Source of the DNA: a virus
Lineage: Duplodnaviria > Caudoviricetes
Length of the DNA stretch: 42,798 nt
Direction: 5' to 3' (one strand)
Virus record (IMG/VR): IMGVR_UViG_3300033143_001582
Coordinates: 1 to 42,798 of that record
The stretch's first letter is position 1, and each line of letters begins with the position of its first letter. This document shows positions 18,027 through 27,498 of this stretch, in pieces. A model generated the notes under the pieces. It was not told where the DNA came from and did not search any database. It saw nothing but the letters and a program-made list of their open reading frames with translations. The position numbers and the translations under genes were made by a program.

Positions 18027-18265
18027 GCGGTCACAATTTAGGATCCGCCGCGTGGCAGAGACAATACATTGAGGAAAATACGTACTGGAGACATAAACGA
18101 GCCCTGTGGTTTAAGACATCGGAATCCGGAACATTGATTAGACCTTTGCAAAAAGTATGGATGAAGGGATTACGACTGCCAGGCACTTGGCAAAAAGATA
18201 GACTAGAGTGGTACACAGAAACGGAATACACGTTTCTAACATTAAAAGGTAAAGTACATGGGTAG
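18023..18265 (+). CDS. tandem paralogue family B, copy 7
   Basis: W-x10-SESG..I...WYTETEYTFLTLKG. Confidence 0.7.
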   Translation: MSGHNLGSAAWQRQYIEENTYWRHKRALWFKTSESGTLIRPLQKVWMKGLRLPGTWQKDRLEWYTETEYTFLTLKGKVHG

Positions 18266-18473
18266 CTATTTCGGCGCATATGATGTTGACGAAGTGACAA
18301 AAGAACCGTATAATATATGGGTGTTGACTATAACTCTCTGGCCAAAGGTATGTTCAATATCTGGAAAGCCAATACCGATGGGTAGCAGGGCATACGTTAA
18401 GAAAGATGACTTCTCTGAGACTTGGGCAACAAAAGAGGCGTTTGTATTCGCACGATTAAAAGGTGAAATATAA
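18258..18473 (+). CDS. tandem paralogue family B, copy 8
   Basis: W-x10-CSISGKPI...AY...WATKEAFVFARLKG. Confidence 0.7.
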   Translation: MGSYFGAYDVDEVTKEPYNIWVLTITLWPKVCSISGKPIPMGSRAYVKKDDFSETWATKEAFVFARLKGEI

Positions 18474-18886
18474 TGGGATTTAAAAAAACAGCAAAAGCTA
18501 TTTGGTCAGTGGTAACTGGCACAGACGTTAACAGTGTGAAACCTGTTAAAGTTAAGAAACGTACAAAGAAAGAGATTGATCAGCACTTAGCACAACTTGC
18601 GAAAGACAAAGCTGCCGCGGACGCACGTGGTGAGCCTTGGGTTGCAATAGTTACAATGGATGTTGATTATAATAACTTAGCCGACGGCGCATTTGAACTA
18701 GATTGGAATGATAAGTTTATTGCACAGTTAATGCGTTTTGGTTATCAAGGTAAAGAAGATTCAGACTTAATAGATCAGTGGTTCACAGATGTTTGCAGAA
18801 ACGTGGTACTTGAAACCTTCGAACAAGCAAAAGCAGATCCAGAACAACGCAGGGACTTAGGCGGTGGTAGACGCGAATATAAATGA
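18473..18886 (+). CDS. phage hypothetical protein
   Basis: GEPWV...GAFELDWND...IDQWF; TAATG-coupled. Confidence 0.75.
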   Translation: MGFKKTAKAIWSVVTGTDVNSVKPVKVKKRTKKEIDQHLAQLAKDKAAADARGEPWVAIVTMDVDYNNLADGAFELDWNDKFIAQLMRFGYQGKEDSDLIDQWFTDVCRNVVLETFEQAKADPEQRRDLGGGRREYK

Positions 18887-18942
18887 TAGGTATCGGGCTT
18901 AGTCCTAGAGGCTTTGGCGCTATTCAGCAAGAGGATAATAGA

Positions 18943-19350
18943 ATGACTAGATCAGTAATACTTTCAGTGCATGGTGCAAACGACATGCAAAACAAAGTTG
19001 CAGCCATTAAAGGTGTGCGTGGGTTAACGGGCCTAGGTCTTAAAGAATCTAAAGAATTAGTAGAACGTATTAACCCTGGTCATTCAGAAACCATTATTAT
19101 TGCACATCATATTCTCGAGCCAACGTATACACAGAGTATACAGAATATAAGAGACGGTGGGCTAACCGCCAGAATGTGTAATCATAATAGCAAGGCGCGA
19201 AAAGGTATTGCCAACGAACTTCGTAGACTTGTGACATTTGCTACAATGTCAGCACAGTACGATATTAGCAAAGCACTAGTAGACATCTTAGAAACTTACT
19301 GCCCTGATCCTGCTGATGAATATTTTGAGGACGTTGAGGAGAAGGAATGA
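18943..19350 (+). CDS. ribosomal protein bL12 (L7/L12) C-terminal-domain-containing protein
   Basis: KVAAIKGVRGLTGLGLKESKELVE matches the bL12 CTD signature; GAGGA RBS before ATG 18943. Confidence 0.8.
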   Translation: MTRSVILSVHGANDMQNKVAAIKGVRGLTGLGLKESKELVERINPGHSETIIIAHHILEPTYTQSIQNIRDGGLTARMCNHNSKARKGIANELRRLVTFATMSAQYDISKALVDILETYCPDPADEYFEDVEEKE

Positions 19351-20063
19351 TATTATATAATAATGGTGATAGTCATACAGCAGCGGCAGAAGCAGTTAAT
19401 TCTTTTGCCTTTGCTTACGACGATCGTCGTTATGCACATTTAAAACGTTTACCACATCCTGACAATATTAAAATATCTTGGGGTGCTGTTCTTGCGAACT
19501 TATTAAAATCTTCATTTCAACCCGATGCCGAGAGCGCCAGCAGTAATGCGCGTATTATGCGTACCACAAAGGAATGGATTGAGCACACAAAAGAAAACAT
19601 TGATGCAAACGATGTGTTAATGATCATCCAGTGGTCAACTTGGGAACGGGAAGAATGGGATATCAACGGAGTCAAGTATCAAGTTAATGCAAGCGGTGAA
19701 GATCATGTGCCAGCGGACTACGTAGATCAGTACAAAGAATATATTATAAATATAGATTGGGAAGAACGCACCAAGCAAGCATACGCAGATATAATAGCAT
19801 TCCACGAATACCTAAATGATCTAGGGTACAAACATATATTCTTCAACGGCAATAACACGTTTATGAGCATTCCAGTAGAGGAACGGTACGACTTTGGCGA
19901 GAGCTATGTTAATCCGTATTTGCCTGAAGAATCTTACGATGGATGGTTACAGTTAAACGGTTACAATACAGTAATTACTTCTAATTATCACTACGGTTTA
20001 GAAGCTCATGCAGCATGGGCAAGACGCCTAGTACAACACATAATAAAACATAAAATGGTATAA
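19347..20063 (+). CDS. SGNH-hydrolase-like protein
   Basis: N-terminal GDSHT, SN.RI, C-terminal HY..EAH..WA. Confidence 0.65.
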   Translation: MILYNNGDSHTAAAEAVNSFAFAYDDRRYAHLKRLPHPDNIKISWGAVLANLLKSSFQPDAESASSNARIMRTTKEWIEHTKENIDANDVLMIIQWSTWEREEWDINGVKYQVNASGEDHVPADYVDQYKEYIINIDWEERTKQAYADIIAFHEYLNDLGYKHIFFNGNNTFMSIPVEERYDFGESYVNPYLPEESYDGWLQLNGYNTVITSNYHYGLEAHAAWARRLVQHIIKHKMV

Positions 20064-20064
20064 C

Positions 20065-21138
20065 ATGAAATTTATTTTAGTAGACACAATGAACTTATTC
20101 TTCCGCGCACGACATATAGTACACCGCGGTGCTGACTTATCTGATAAGTTAGGACTTAGTATGCATATGATGATTGCAGCCGCGAACAAGTTAGCAAAGC
20201 GCGACGGCACAGATCATGTAGTATTTGCACTTGAGGGTGGTATGAACTGGCGCAAGGATTACTACGAACCTTATAAGAAGCAACGTGCAGCAGAAAGACA
20301 AAAGCGCACAGAAGTAGAAGTTGAGGAAGATGACCTGTACTTTGAAGTATACAATAATTTCGTTAAGTACTTAGACGAAAAAACTAACTGTTCTGTTATT
20401 GCAGTACCTGGTGCGGAAGCTGATGATGTTATTGCAAGATTCGTTGCATTGCACCCATTTGATGAACACACTATATTAAGCAGCGACACAGATTACTACC
20501 AACTTATTACCGATAAGGTACACATGTACAACGGTATACAAAAAGAAATGATTACACTAGAAGGTAACTTTGACGATAACGGCAAACATGTCATTGACAA
20601 GAAAACACAAGAGCTTAAAGTACTAGACGATCCTAAATGGTTACTATTTGAAAAATGCATTAGGGGCGATAAGTCAGATAATGTGTTTAGTGCTTACCCA
20701 GGTGTACGTAAGAAGGGTTCTAAAAATAAAACAGGTCTTCTTGAGGCGTTTGCTGATAAAGATAAGAAAGGTTTTAATTGGAACAACTTAATGTTACAAC
20801 GTTGGACAGATCACAACGGCGATGAACATCGAGTCCTAGACGATTACGAGCGTAATCGCAAGTTAATTGATTTAACCCAACAACCGGAGAAAATTAAAGA
20901 CACGGTTGACGAAACAATCATTAACTCATTATTGACTAGTGCGTTAAAACACATTCAAGCAAGAGATATCAACTTCCATTTTATGAAGTTCTGCGGAACA
21001 CATGATTTAGTTAAGCTGGCCGAACACCCAACTGATATCGTTAACTGGATGATGAAACCGTACAGCGGTCATATAATGGAATTATCAGAGGTTGAAGAAT
21101 GGAAGACTTACAGAAAATTAGGGCAAAATCAGTCGTAA
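20065..21138 (+). CDS. rnh: T4-like RNase H / 5'-3' exonuclease (FEN family)
   Basis: ILVDTMNLFFR, WRKDYY..YK, EADDVIA, SSDTDYYQL, GDKSDNV, RNRKLIDL. Confidence 0.9.
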   Translation: MKFILVDTMNLFFRARHIVHRGADLSDKLGLSMHMMIAAANKLAKRDGTDHVVFALEGGMNWRKDYYEPYKKQRAAERQKRTEVEVEEDDLYFEVYNNFVKYLDEKTNCSVIAVPGAEADDVIARFVALHPFDEHTILSSDTDYYQLITDKVHMYNGIQKEMITLEGNFDDNGKHVIDKKTQELKVLDDPKWLLFEKCIRGDKSDNVFSAYPGVRKKGSKNKTGLLEAFADKDKKGFNWNNLMLQRWTDHNGDEHRVLDDYERNRKLIDLTQQPEKIKDTVDETIINSLLTSALKHIQARDINFHFMKFCGTHDLVKLAEHPTDIVNWMMKPYSGHIMELSEVEEWKTYRKLGQNQS

Positions 21139-21575
21139 AAGATAAATTTTGGATACTACAGCAAAACAATATTAAGATAGGTCAAGTAAAAGCAAAGTCC
21201 GATACAGAGATTGAAGTTAAGATACACGGTAACACCGCAAGACGGTTTACCTCTTTAGCCGATATGCGAGCATCTGGATTATTTGAATTCACAGAGTTAC
21301 CAAAACCCAAAGCAACTATCTCAAATAATGTACATGGCTTTCCTACAGATGGATTAGCTTACAATGCCGTTTGGAATGTGCAATACTCATTGCCGTTGTA
21401 CACACAAACCGGAGATAGCAAGTCCTGGTTTGCTGCCGGCTATTATAAAATTAACATTAGCGGTACGTGGATCGTTCAATACTGTCCTAAACTTATTACA
21501 TTGCAACGCAATGGATATGAAGGTCCGTTTAAAGCTGATCCAGGACTTAATCAATTTAATTCTATATTCGAATGA
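21099..21575 (+). CDS. phage hypothetical protein
   Basis: 158 aa; LPLYT..SKSWFAAGYY and CPKLITL motifs. Confidence 0.75.
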   Translation: MEDLQKIRAKSVVKDKFWILQQNNIKIGQVKAKSDTEIEVKIHGNTARRFTSLADMRASGLFEFTELPKPKATISNNVHGFPTDGLAYNAVWNVQYSLPLYTQTGDSKSWFAAGYYKINISGTWIVQYCPKLITLQRNGYEGPFKADPGLNQFNSIFE

Positions 21576-21772
21576 TACATATTAATCGCTTTATAGATAA
21601 AATTAAGATGCTTGAGTCCAAGCAGACTACACAACTGACGATGTCAATGCGTGAAGCAAAAGATCTGCATGGTGATATCACTAAGTTACTTCTTGTATTA
21701 CAAGAATTGCAAACTAAGAAACCTACACCCACAAAATCAGCAAAAGTAGAGATTGCAGGCGGAGATTTTTAA
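21572..21772 (+). CDS. hypothetical protein
   Basis: ATGA-coupled; ends GGDF. Confidence 0.7.
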   Translation: MIHINRFIDKIKMLESKQTTQLTMSMREAKDLHGDITKLLLVLQELQTKKPTPTKSAKVEIAGGDF

Positions 21773-21788
21773 ACTACGTATATTATTG

Positions 21789-21795
21789 ATAAATA
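21789..21795 (+). promoter_or_regulatory. late promoter ATAAATA
   Basis: Intergenic; 6 nt before ATG 21802. Confidence 0.55.
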
Positions 21796-21801
21796 ATATA
21801 C

Positions 21802-22089
21802 ATGAGTAGACCAAGACCCGTAATTTTAACAGAAATCACAAACAAGGCCACATACAAAACTGACCAAGTATTAGCCAGTGACGGTATCTGGGCTGTTTAT
21901 TATCAAGACCGTCCTATCAATATTAAAACTCAAAACATGCTAATTCAGTATCCTGGACCTAAGTATAAGAAAGTTTCATTTAGTAACCCGGGTCATGCAA
22001 TTAATCTTTGCAAAAAACTAAACAGGCAATTCCAAACTGAGGACTTCAGTGTTGTTATGCTGACAGCAGGCGACACCGTTTATCCGTAA
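21802..22089 (+). CDS. phage hypothetical protein
   Basis: MSRPRP...GPKYKKVSFSNPGHA. Confidence 0.75.
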   Translation: MSRPRPVILTEITNKATYKTDQVLASDGIWAVYYQDRPINIKTQNMLIQYPGPKYKKVSFSNPGHAINLCKKLNRQFQTEDFSVVMLTAGDTVYP

Positions 22090-22427
22090 TGGATAAGAAA
22101 GCAATTACAGAAGCAGTTCTCAAAGAATTAAAAGTAAACATTGGTTTAGAATACGCTATGAAAATATGGTGGTGGCGCGACTACGGTGGTGCCCAATCAG
22201 CACGTTTGACAGGCCCGGGTAATGCTGCCGTTGGCAAAGTTATGACACCATACACGTTCGATTGTACACTTGACAACACAGGCGTAGGATTGAAGCGACT
22301 GATCAAATTACAAACCCCCTTCTACGCTGATTACTCAGCAGAACAAATTACAATATACAGCGAACAACTAGCAATAATGATCAAGATGTACCCTAGTTTT
22401 GATAGGTATTTAGAGCTTATTCAGTAG
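22089..22427 (+). CDS. hypothetical protein
   Basis: TAATG-coupled; TAG stop. Confidence 0.7.
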   Translation: MDKKAITEAVLKELKVNIGLEYAMKIWWWRDYGGAQSARLTGPGNAAVGKVMTPYTFDCTLDNTGVGLKRLIKLQTPFYADYSAEQITIYSEQLAIMIKMYPSFDRYLELIQ

Positions 22428-22433
22428 GGCACG

Positions 22434-22517
22434 TAAGTCATTGAAATGGTTGATCGCTAAGTTGTTGATTCTAAAGCAGGATTAAAAGTTTTAAAACTAA
22501 TTGCTAACCTATTGATT
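22434..22517 (+). promoter_or_regulatory. three IHF-box-like sites
   Basis: TAAGTCATTGAAA 22434-22446, TAAGTTGTTGATT 22458-22470, TAACCTATTGATT 22505-22517. Confidence 0.65.
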
Positions 22518-22539
22518 TTGTTATGGATGTATTTTCCTG

Positions 22540-22578
22540 AAAAGGTAGACCTTTTGGCTGTATTTGCTATACTTAGTA
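22540..22578 (+). promoter_or_regulatory. conserved early promoter, copy 1
   Basis: AAAAGGTAGACCTTTTGG...TTTGCTATACTTAGTA; near-identical to 35930-35967; -10 TATACT 22568-22573. Confidence 0.75.
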
Positions 22579-22603
22579 TAACAGTTAAGCAATAGGAGTC
22601 CAC

Positions 22604-23416
22604 ATGTTAACATTAGTTCAAAAAAGCGCAGTTTATGAAAGAGTAGATCATTTTATGAACATAGCTAATGATGAATATCATCATAATATATCAGGTGCCC
22701 ATGTACGCTTTGATAAACGCGGCACTTGTGGTGGCACTGCTGATCATGAAATGATGGAACTAAATTTTAACGCCAGTCTTATGCTTGATAACTGGGACGA
22801 ATACATGAACCAGATTATCCCCCATGAAGTTGCTCACTTAGTTAAGGCTGCCGTTTTTGGTACTAGCCGCAAAGGCAGCATGATGTCGTCACATGGTGGT
22901 TACTGGAGACAGGTTATGCGCGTATTTGGAATTAACCCAGATCGCTGTCACGCAATGGATACCACAAAGGTAGCAATGCCAAAAGCCAAACACATTTATA
23001 TATGTGACAAATGTCAGAAAGAATTAGTTATTAGTTCAGTTCGTCATAACAAGATGGTACGTGGCACTAAAAAGTATTCACATTGTCGCGGTCATGGCTT
23101 AACACACAAAAAAGCGTTAGGCAAAATGACTAACTCAGAAGCAATGGATCATAAAACACCGGCTTTCATGCAACAGGAAGCTACAATGACTTCATACACT
23201 GGCAAGAAAATACCAGTTGGGATGAAGCCTGCTCGTAAGTCAGCACCTAAACAAGGCACTAAGATTGCTCACGCAATGACCATTTACAATGCAATGGTAG
23301 TAGACGGTGTTCGCTCAAGTCGCCAGGATACAATTAGTGCCTTAGCTAACAGTATGCAAATTTCTAAACACCAAGCAGCTGGTTATTACCAGAACTGCAA
23401 AAAGAAGGCAGCGTAA
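22604..23416 (+). CDS. SprT-like zinc metalloprotease with zinc ribbon and C-terminal HTH-like domain
   Basis: IIPHEVAHL, HG.YWRQVM, Y.CDKC; AGGAG RBS. Confidence 0.88.
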   Translation: MLTLVQKSAVYERVDHFMNIANDEYHHNISGAHVRFDKRGTCGGTADHEMMELNFNASLMLDNWDEYMNQIIPHEVAHLVKAAVFGTSRKGSMMSSHGGYWRQVMRVFGINPDRCHAMDTTKVAMPKAKHIYICDKCQKELVISSVRHNKMVRGTKKYSHCRGHGLTHKKALGKMTNSEAMDHKTPAFMQQEATMTSYTGKKIPVGMKPARKSAPKQGTKIAHAMTIYNAMVVDGVRSSRQDTISALANSMQISKHQAAGYYQNCKKKAA

Positions 23417-23417
23417 G

Positions 23418-23564
23418 ATGGCAACCTGCAAAAACAACGTGCATGATTATTCATACAAGTATGATATGACCACAACAAATTGGAAACCACTGGGATGGAA
23501 ATGCAATTGTTGTGGTCAATGGAAATCCGGCAGTGAGACAAAATACTTAAAGAAGGAAGCATAA
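23418..23564 (+). CDS. small Cys-rich protein (48 aa, not in ORF track)
   Basis: MATCKNNVHDY...WKCNCCG; fills the gap; TAATG-coupled. Confidence 0.55.
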   Translation: MATCKNNVHDYSYKYDMTTTNWKPLGWKCNCCGQWKSGSETKYLKKEA

Positions 23565-23728
23565 TGAATACATATAAATTCCAGTCAACATGCACCAATT
23601 CATTGTCTGTTACGTTACAGGCTCCTTCAACAGATGAAGCATGGCGCATATTTGATTTAAAAATAGACATACTCGAAAGCATGGGTGTATCGATGCCACG
23701 TCGCATAACTTGGAGCATTTTAAAATGA
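23564..23728 (+). CDS. small hypothetical protein (54 aa, not in ORF track)
   Basis: AAGGA RBS; coupled on both sides. Confidence 0.55.
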   Translation: MNTYKFQSTCTNSLSVTLQAPSTDEAWRIFDLKIDILESMGVSMPRRITWSILK

Positions 23729-23943
23729 GCGAATTAAAAGACATAGCCAAGAAAGTTAAATTGCCATCTTGGGCGACCCACGTCGCAGTCTCAACAGTAC
23801 GCAAAACAGGTGAGCCATGTGCGTGGCACGAACCAGCCGATGATTATGTAGACGAAGATCCTGCTACATTCATTGATGGACACTGGACCGGCGGTTATAA
23901 GAAGGTGTACTGGGAATTCTTTAGCAGAGAGGAATTAAAATGA
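23725..23943 (+). CDS. hypothetical protein
   Basis: ATG 23725 after GGAG; LPSWATHVA. Confidence 0.65.
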   Translation: MSELKDIAKKVKLPSWATHVAVSTVRKTGEPCAWHEPADDYVDEDPATFIDGHWTGGYKKVYWEFFSREELK

Positions 23944-24137
23944 AACCAATTCAAGCAGCAGCAGCAGCAGACGCAGAGAAAAAACTAATGGGCAAACAAG
24001 TTACCATCAATCGTTACGGTCTCCCAGGTGTGGTACGAGGCTATGCTCCAGCTTCAGCCAAGTGGTGGGTAGTTACTTCGGACTTGCTAACAACCAAATG
24101 GTACACAGAAAACGAACTAACAGTAGAAGGAGAGTAA
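23940..24137 (+). CDS. hypothetical protein (SH3-like)
   Basis: GAGGA RBS; ATGA-coupled. Confidence 0.6.
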   Translation: MKPIQAAAAADAEKKLMGKQVTINRYGLPGVVRGYAPASAKWWVVTSDLLTTKWYTENELTVEGE

Positions 24138-24138
24138 C

Positions 24139-24360
24139 ATGTCGTCAATCGACTTAGCAGTACCTGTGGAAGAGCGTCTCAAGACAATTAAGAGATATCA
24201 CATGAATCGCGAAGCTGATCGATTGTCACTTCCGTTTGTTGAGAAGGCAATTGATGATGCACTTGCAAGAATCAAAGAGCTAGAAGGTTTTGAACCGTCC
24301 GGATTCAATGGACTCACTGTAAACGAGCTTAATCAATTAGCAGGAAAAGAAGACAAATGA
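24139..24360 (+). CDS. hypothetical protein
   Basis: AGGAG RBS. Confidence 0.65.
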   Translation: MSSIDLAVPVEERLKTIKRYHMNREADRLSLPFVEKAIDDALARIKELEGFEPSGFNGLTVNELNQLAGKEDK

Positions 24361-24662
24361 ACAGAGCCCAGCAAAATACTTGGCGCACAATGCAAGGTCT
24401 GCCTACTCTCCCAACTATGGAAGAGATTGTAGCAAAGCTACAGCATTATGTTGAGACGTACGACAAGCAAGAAGGCTTTGAAGATTATACCGACGAAACA
24501 TTAATTGACGATGTAATATACGGACTCGGCGCAGCCCTTGGCAAAGAATACCAATTTGCTGATGGATTCAGAAAGTTTGAAGCACGATTAGTTAAACATA
24601 TAAAACAGAAACAAGATGCCGCTGAGGCTCATAGGATAAAAGATGCACATACTACCAGGTGA
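24357..24662 (+). CDS. hypothetical protein
   Basis: ATGA-coupled. Confidence 0.65.
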   Translation: MNRAQQNTWRTMQGLPTLPTMEEIVAKLQHYVETYDKQEGFEDYTDETLIDDVIYGLGAALGKEYQFADGFRKFEARLVKHIKQKQDAAEAHRIKDAHTTR

Positions 24663-25029
24663 TAAAGACCGATTGAAAGCCCCAGGATTTTTCAATACAT
24701 TTGAACATAGTCCTGTAAGCGATGATTGGATGCAAGAGTTGTACAACTATATTATTCTTGGATATCATCCTGGGAGTTTTCATACCGACATGTTCGCTAG
24801 TAACTTGTATGGTGCAGCATGTCATTCACATGTTAGCAACAAGTGGTCACACATTGTAGCATTTATGAAATGGTTAGGACATCACGCGCCGCATGAATGT
24901 TGGGGTGATAAGGAAAGTGTTAAAACTTGGTTAAAGATGACACCAGAGCGCCGCGAGAGGATACTGCTTAGACAAAAATTTATCATAACCGACGAAGAAT
25001 TAACTTTTAAGATATTGGAGACACAATAA
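24643..25029 (+). CDS. phage hypothetical protein
   Basis: GYHPGSF...NLYGAA...P.ECWG motif. Confidence 0.7.
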   Translation: MHILPGDKDRLKAPGFFNTFEHSPVSDDWMQELYNYIILGYHPGSFHTDMFASNLYGAACHSHVSNKWSHIVAFMKWLGHHAPHECWGDKESVKTWLKMTPERRERILLRQKFIITDEELTFKILETQ

Positions 25030-25235
25030 TGCCAATGGAACATCTTAGAGAAAATGGCGGATTATCACAAGGATATTTCTGTGGTAAGTGTGGCGCAGTT
25101 GTTAGTATGTATGGGCATACAGGCTGTACACCTAAGCCTGAGCTAGTTCAGAAACTTACTGAAATAAACAAAGCGGGCAGCATTGAACAATATGTATTCA
25201 ACAAACTAAAGGAAACAGACAATGAGTCAAAGTAA
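25029..25235 (+). CDS. small Cys-containing protein
   Basis: CGKCG...GHTGC; GGAG RBS. Confidence 0.6.
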   Translation: MPMEHLRENGGLSQGYFCGKCGAVVSMYGHTGCTPKPELVQKLTEINKAGSIEQYVFNKLKETDNESK

Positions 25236-25401
25236 CGGGTTATCATACGAATACACCAGCAACATTAAAGTCAAACTCGAAGGCAAGTACATTGGGGATA
25301 TTAAAGAAGTTATCGGTTGCGGCTTTGCATATTTTCCCAAAGGCTGCAAAGACCACGGTGAAGTTTTTGAAAGTCAAGCCGCTGTAATGAGTACGCTATG
25401 A
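25222..25401 (+). CDS. small hypothetical protein (59 aa, not in ORF track)
   Basis: AAGGA RBS; ATGA-coupled to the next gene. Confidence 0.55.
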   Translation: MSQSNGLSYEYTSNIKVKLEGKYIGDIKEVIGCGFAYFPKGCKDHGEVFESQAAVMSTL

Positions 25402-25550
25402 ATAATAAAGTACCAGCAAAGAACTTCGTGGCAACGATAGCTGCGAATGTATGCAATGAAAAACTTACCGACAAACAGTTTCGTGAGTTTATACGTAACA
25501 CTTTATCAATTGTAGAGTATCCACGCAAGGAAGAAAAAGATGGTGAGTGA
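25398..25550 (+). CDS. small hypothetical protein (50 aa, not in ORF track)
   Basis: MNNKVPAKNFVATIAANV...FREFIRNTL. Confidence 0.55.
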   Translation: MNNKVPAKNFVATIAANVCNEKLTDKQFREFIRNTLSIVEYPRKEEKDGE

Positions 25551-25728
25551 TAAAATACTTAAAAAGTTAATGGTAAAATACGCTATTTCGGGTATATCGG
25601 CAGTTGCTGGTTATGCATTGATTTGGTACTCAGTGGGATTCCTACTAGCACTTGGTGTATTTTTTATCCACATGAGTATAAACTTTGAACGCAACGCAGA
25701 TACCATAAAGGCAGCGTTAAAACTATAA
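25540..25728 (+). CDS. small membrane protein
   Basis: Long hydrophobic stretch. Confidence 0.6.
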   Translation: MVSDKILKKLMVKYAISGISAVAGYALIWYSVGFLLALGVFFIHMSINFERNADTIKAALKL

Positions 25729-25739
25729 GGAAAAGACTG

Positions 25740-25946
25740 ATGTTTGAAAAAGGTGACACAGTAGTTGTTAAGCACCAACCGGAATTAGGCGAGTGCATTG
25801 TAGTTGATCCGCATGACGAGACTGATATGGTGCGGGTAGGTAATGGACCAAAACAGCCCGGAAAGCCTGTCGGATATTATGTACGGATTGATACACCAAA
25901 AGGTAAATGGCAAGGATATCATGAGGAGAGTTTAGAAAAAGTATAG
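25740..25946 (+). CDS. SH3/KOW-like small protein
   Basis: MFEKGDTVVV...YHEESLEKV. Confidence 0.65.
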   Translation: MFEKGDTVVVKHQPELGECIVVDPHDETDMVRVGNGPKQPGKPVGYYVRIDTPKGKWQGYHEESLEKV

Positions 25947-25947
25947 G

Positions 25948-25977
25948 TTGACTTTGAGCACTTATCTGTAGTAAAAT
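25948..25977 (+). promoter_or_regulatory. sigma70-type promoter
   Basis: TTGACT 25948-25953, 18 bp spacer, TAAAAT 25972-25977. Confidence 0.5.
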
Positions 25978-26053
25978 TGCATTCTTAGATATATACAGTT
26001 GAAGGTTTTGTTAGACTCTGTCTAATCCTGCATTACAACACTATAGGTGAACA

Positions 26054-26218
26054 ATGAAATTTGTTTCCAGCGCAATGAAGGTTCAAGAACCCGAAATCGT
26101 ACTTACTCCTAAACGAGGCCGTGGTGCCTCAGCACATATTAAATATCCAGCACCAAACCCAAAAGATTGGGCAGATGAAGAATATGAAGAAGACACACAA
26201 GACGAAGACAACTCATAA
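26054..26218 (+). CDS. small protein with acidic tail (54 aa, not in ORF track)
   Basis: AGGTG RBS; ends DEEYEEDTQDEDNS. Confidence 0.55.
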   Translation: MKFVSSAMKVQEPEIVLTPKRGRGASAHIKYPAPNPKDWADEEYEEDTQDEDNS

Positions 26219-26221
26219 ATA
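26215..26221 (+). promoter_or_regulatory. late promoter ATAAATA
   Basis: ACTCATAAATAC, the same 12-mer as at 33391-33402. Confidence 0.65.
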
Positions 26222-26245
26222 CTACTAAATCAAAAGGTAGTTAGA

Positions 26246-26734
26246 ATGAAATCATCAGAATTTATAACAGAGGACGACAATGTTACTAAGGGCGACTTTG
26301 GTGCGAAAGGCGGACCTAAACCACAGATGCAAAATGCTAAAAAGATTAGCATGGCACAAGCATTTGGATCAGAAGCTTACAATATATTAGCAGACGCTGG
26401 CATTAAGTTTCACGAAAAACCAAGCTATTGGCAAGACTTAGAATCAAAAGCAATAGGCGAAATTGGTCAGAAGAAGGTTGAAAACTTACTTAAACAAGCA
26501 GGCGTTGGATTAGAAGAATATGCAGCATGGGAGATTTATTCAATTGATCCCGATAGTCAATATGCTCATATTAAAGGTCCACTGCAAACTGTTGAGAACA
26601 TGCCAGATCCGAAAGTATTTGTAATATATGATTTACCGTACAAAGGTAGTGAAGGCGAAATAAAGGTTGGTACCTTTTTAGTTGATAGACAAGGTGCTAG
26701 TAGTTACATTCGATTCTGGAGACAGATTAAATGA
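26246..26734 (+). CDS. putative internal head protein (capsid-targeting N-terminus)
   Basis: MKSSEFITE resembles the T4 internal-protein CTS MKTYQEFIAE; downstream of a late promoter. Confidence 0.65.
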   Translation: MKSSEFITEDDNVTKGDFGAKGGPKPQMQNAKKISMAQAFGSEAYNILADAGIKFHEKPSYWQDLESKAIGEIGQKKVENLLKQAGVGLEEYAAWEIYSIDPDSQYAHIKGPLQTVENMPDPKVFVIYDLPYKGSEGEIKVGTFLVDRQGASSYIRFWRQIK

Positions 26735-27498
26735 AGTCAAGTGAATTTTTAGCTGAAAGCGACGATAAGAACCCGGAAGATGTTAAACAGAATCATCCAG
26801 AGATTTATGCGTTCTTTAAAGAAATTGGCGAGTGGATGGCATTTGATCGTTACGGTCAAGTCGAAACATATAATACAGCTGGCAACCATATGATTGCGAT
26901 TAAATGGAAACCAACTGCAAGTCATGAAAATTTAAAAATGAGTCTTAAAGATGCAGATATTCCTTTCACAGAATATGCATATCAAGAAGGCACATTAGAA
27001 GGCGAGATTCCAAACACCGGTATTAACTTTACTGTCAAAACAGGTGGAATGCGCGGTAATTTAGGAATAGCTTGGCGATTTGCGGTGCCACACAAAGATA
27101 ATGAAGTTGCTACACCACGCGATCGCACAATGGAAAGTGGAGAAGTACAAGGTGGCACTTGCCCACACTGTGGTACAGATTATACCACCGATGACATCCG
27201 CGGAGATACATCATGTTATGAATGTGGCAAAGATCTTTTTGAAGATGGCGTAGCTAATCAGAATTGGTTTGATACATTAGCCGCAGCGTTAGAAGCAGAA
27301 GGCTTATCAGATACATGGGATGGCATGACAATGGGCGGTATTAGTTATGGCGAAACCAGAAAGTATACATACGATGATGGAACACGACAAGGTCACTTTA
27401 TTTCAATTTACAGAGACGATAGCGGAAGATATGAACGGCCTGTGCATTATGCCAGAGGCAACATGAAATCATCTCGTCGCGATCGTACAATAAAATGA
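26731..27498 (+). CDS. putative internal head protein, multi-domain with zinc ribbon
   Basis: MKSSEFLAE; CPHC...CYEC. Confidence 0.65.
   Translation: MKSSEFLAESDDKNPEDVKQNHPEIYAFFKEIGEWMAFDRYGQVETYNTAGNHMIAIKWKPTASHENLKMSLKDADIPFTEYAYQEGTLEGEIPNTGINFTVKTGGMRGNLGIAWRFAVPHKDNEVATPRDRTMESGEVQGGTCPHCGTDYTTDDIRGDTSCYECGKDLFEDGVANQNWFDTLAAALEAEGLSDTWDGMTMGGISYGETRKYTYDDGTRQGHFISIYRDDSGRYERPVHYARGNMKSSRRDRTIK

Noticed and set aside
16386-18473. Diversity-generating retroelement or recent DNA repeat behind the paralogue array
   Set aside because: No reverse transcriptase is in the window and no near-identical template/variable repeat pair is visible at the nucleotide level.
23955-23969. (GCA)5 microsatellite
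   Set aside because: An in-frame poly-Ala run; too short to suggest phase variation.
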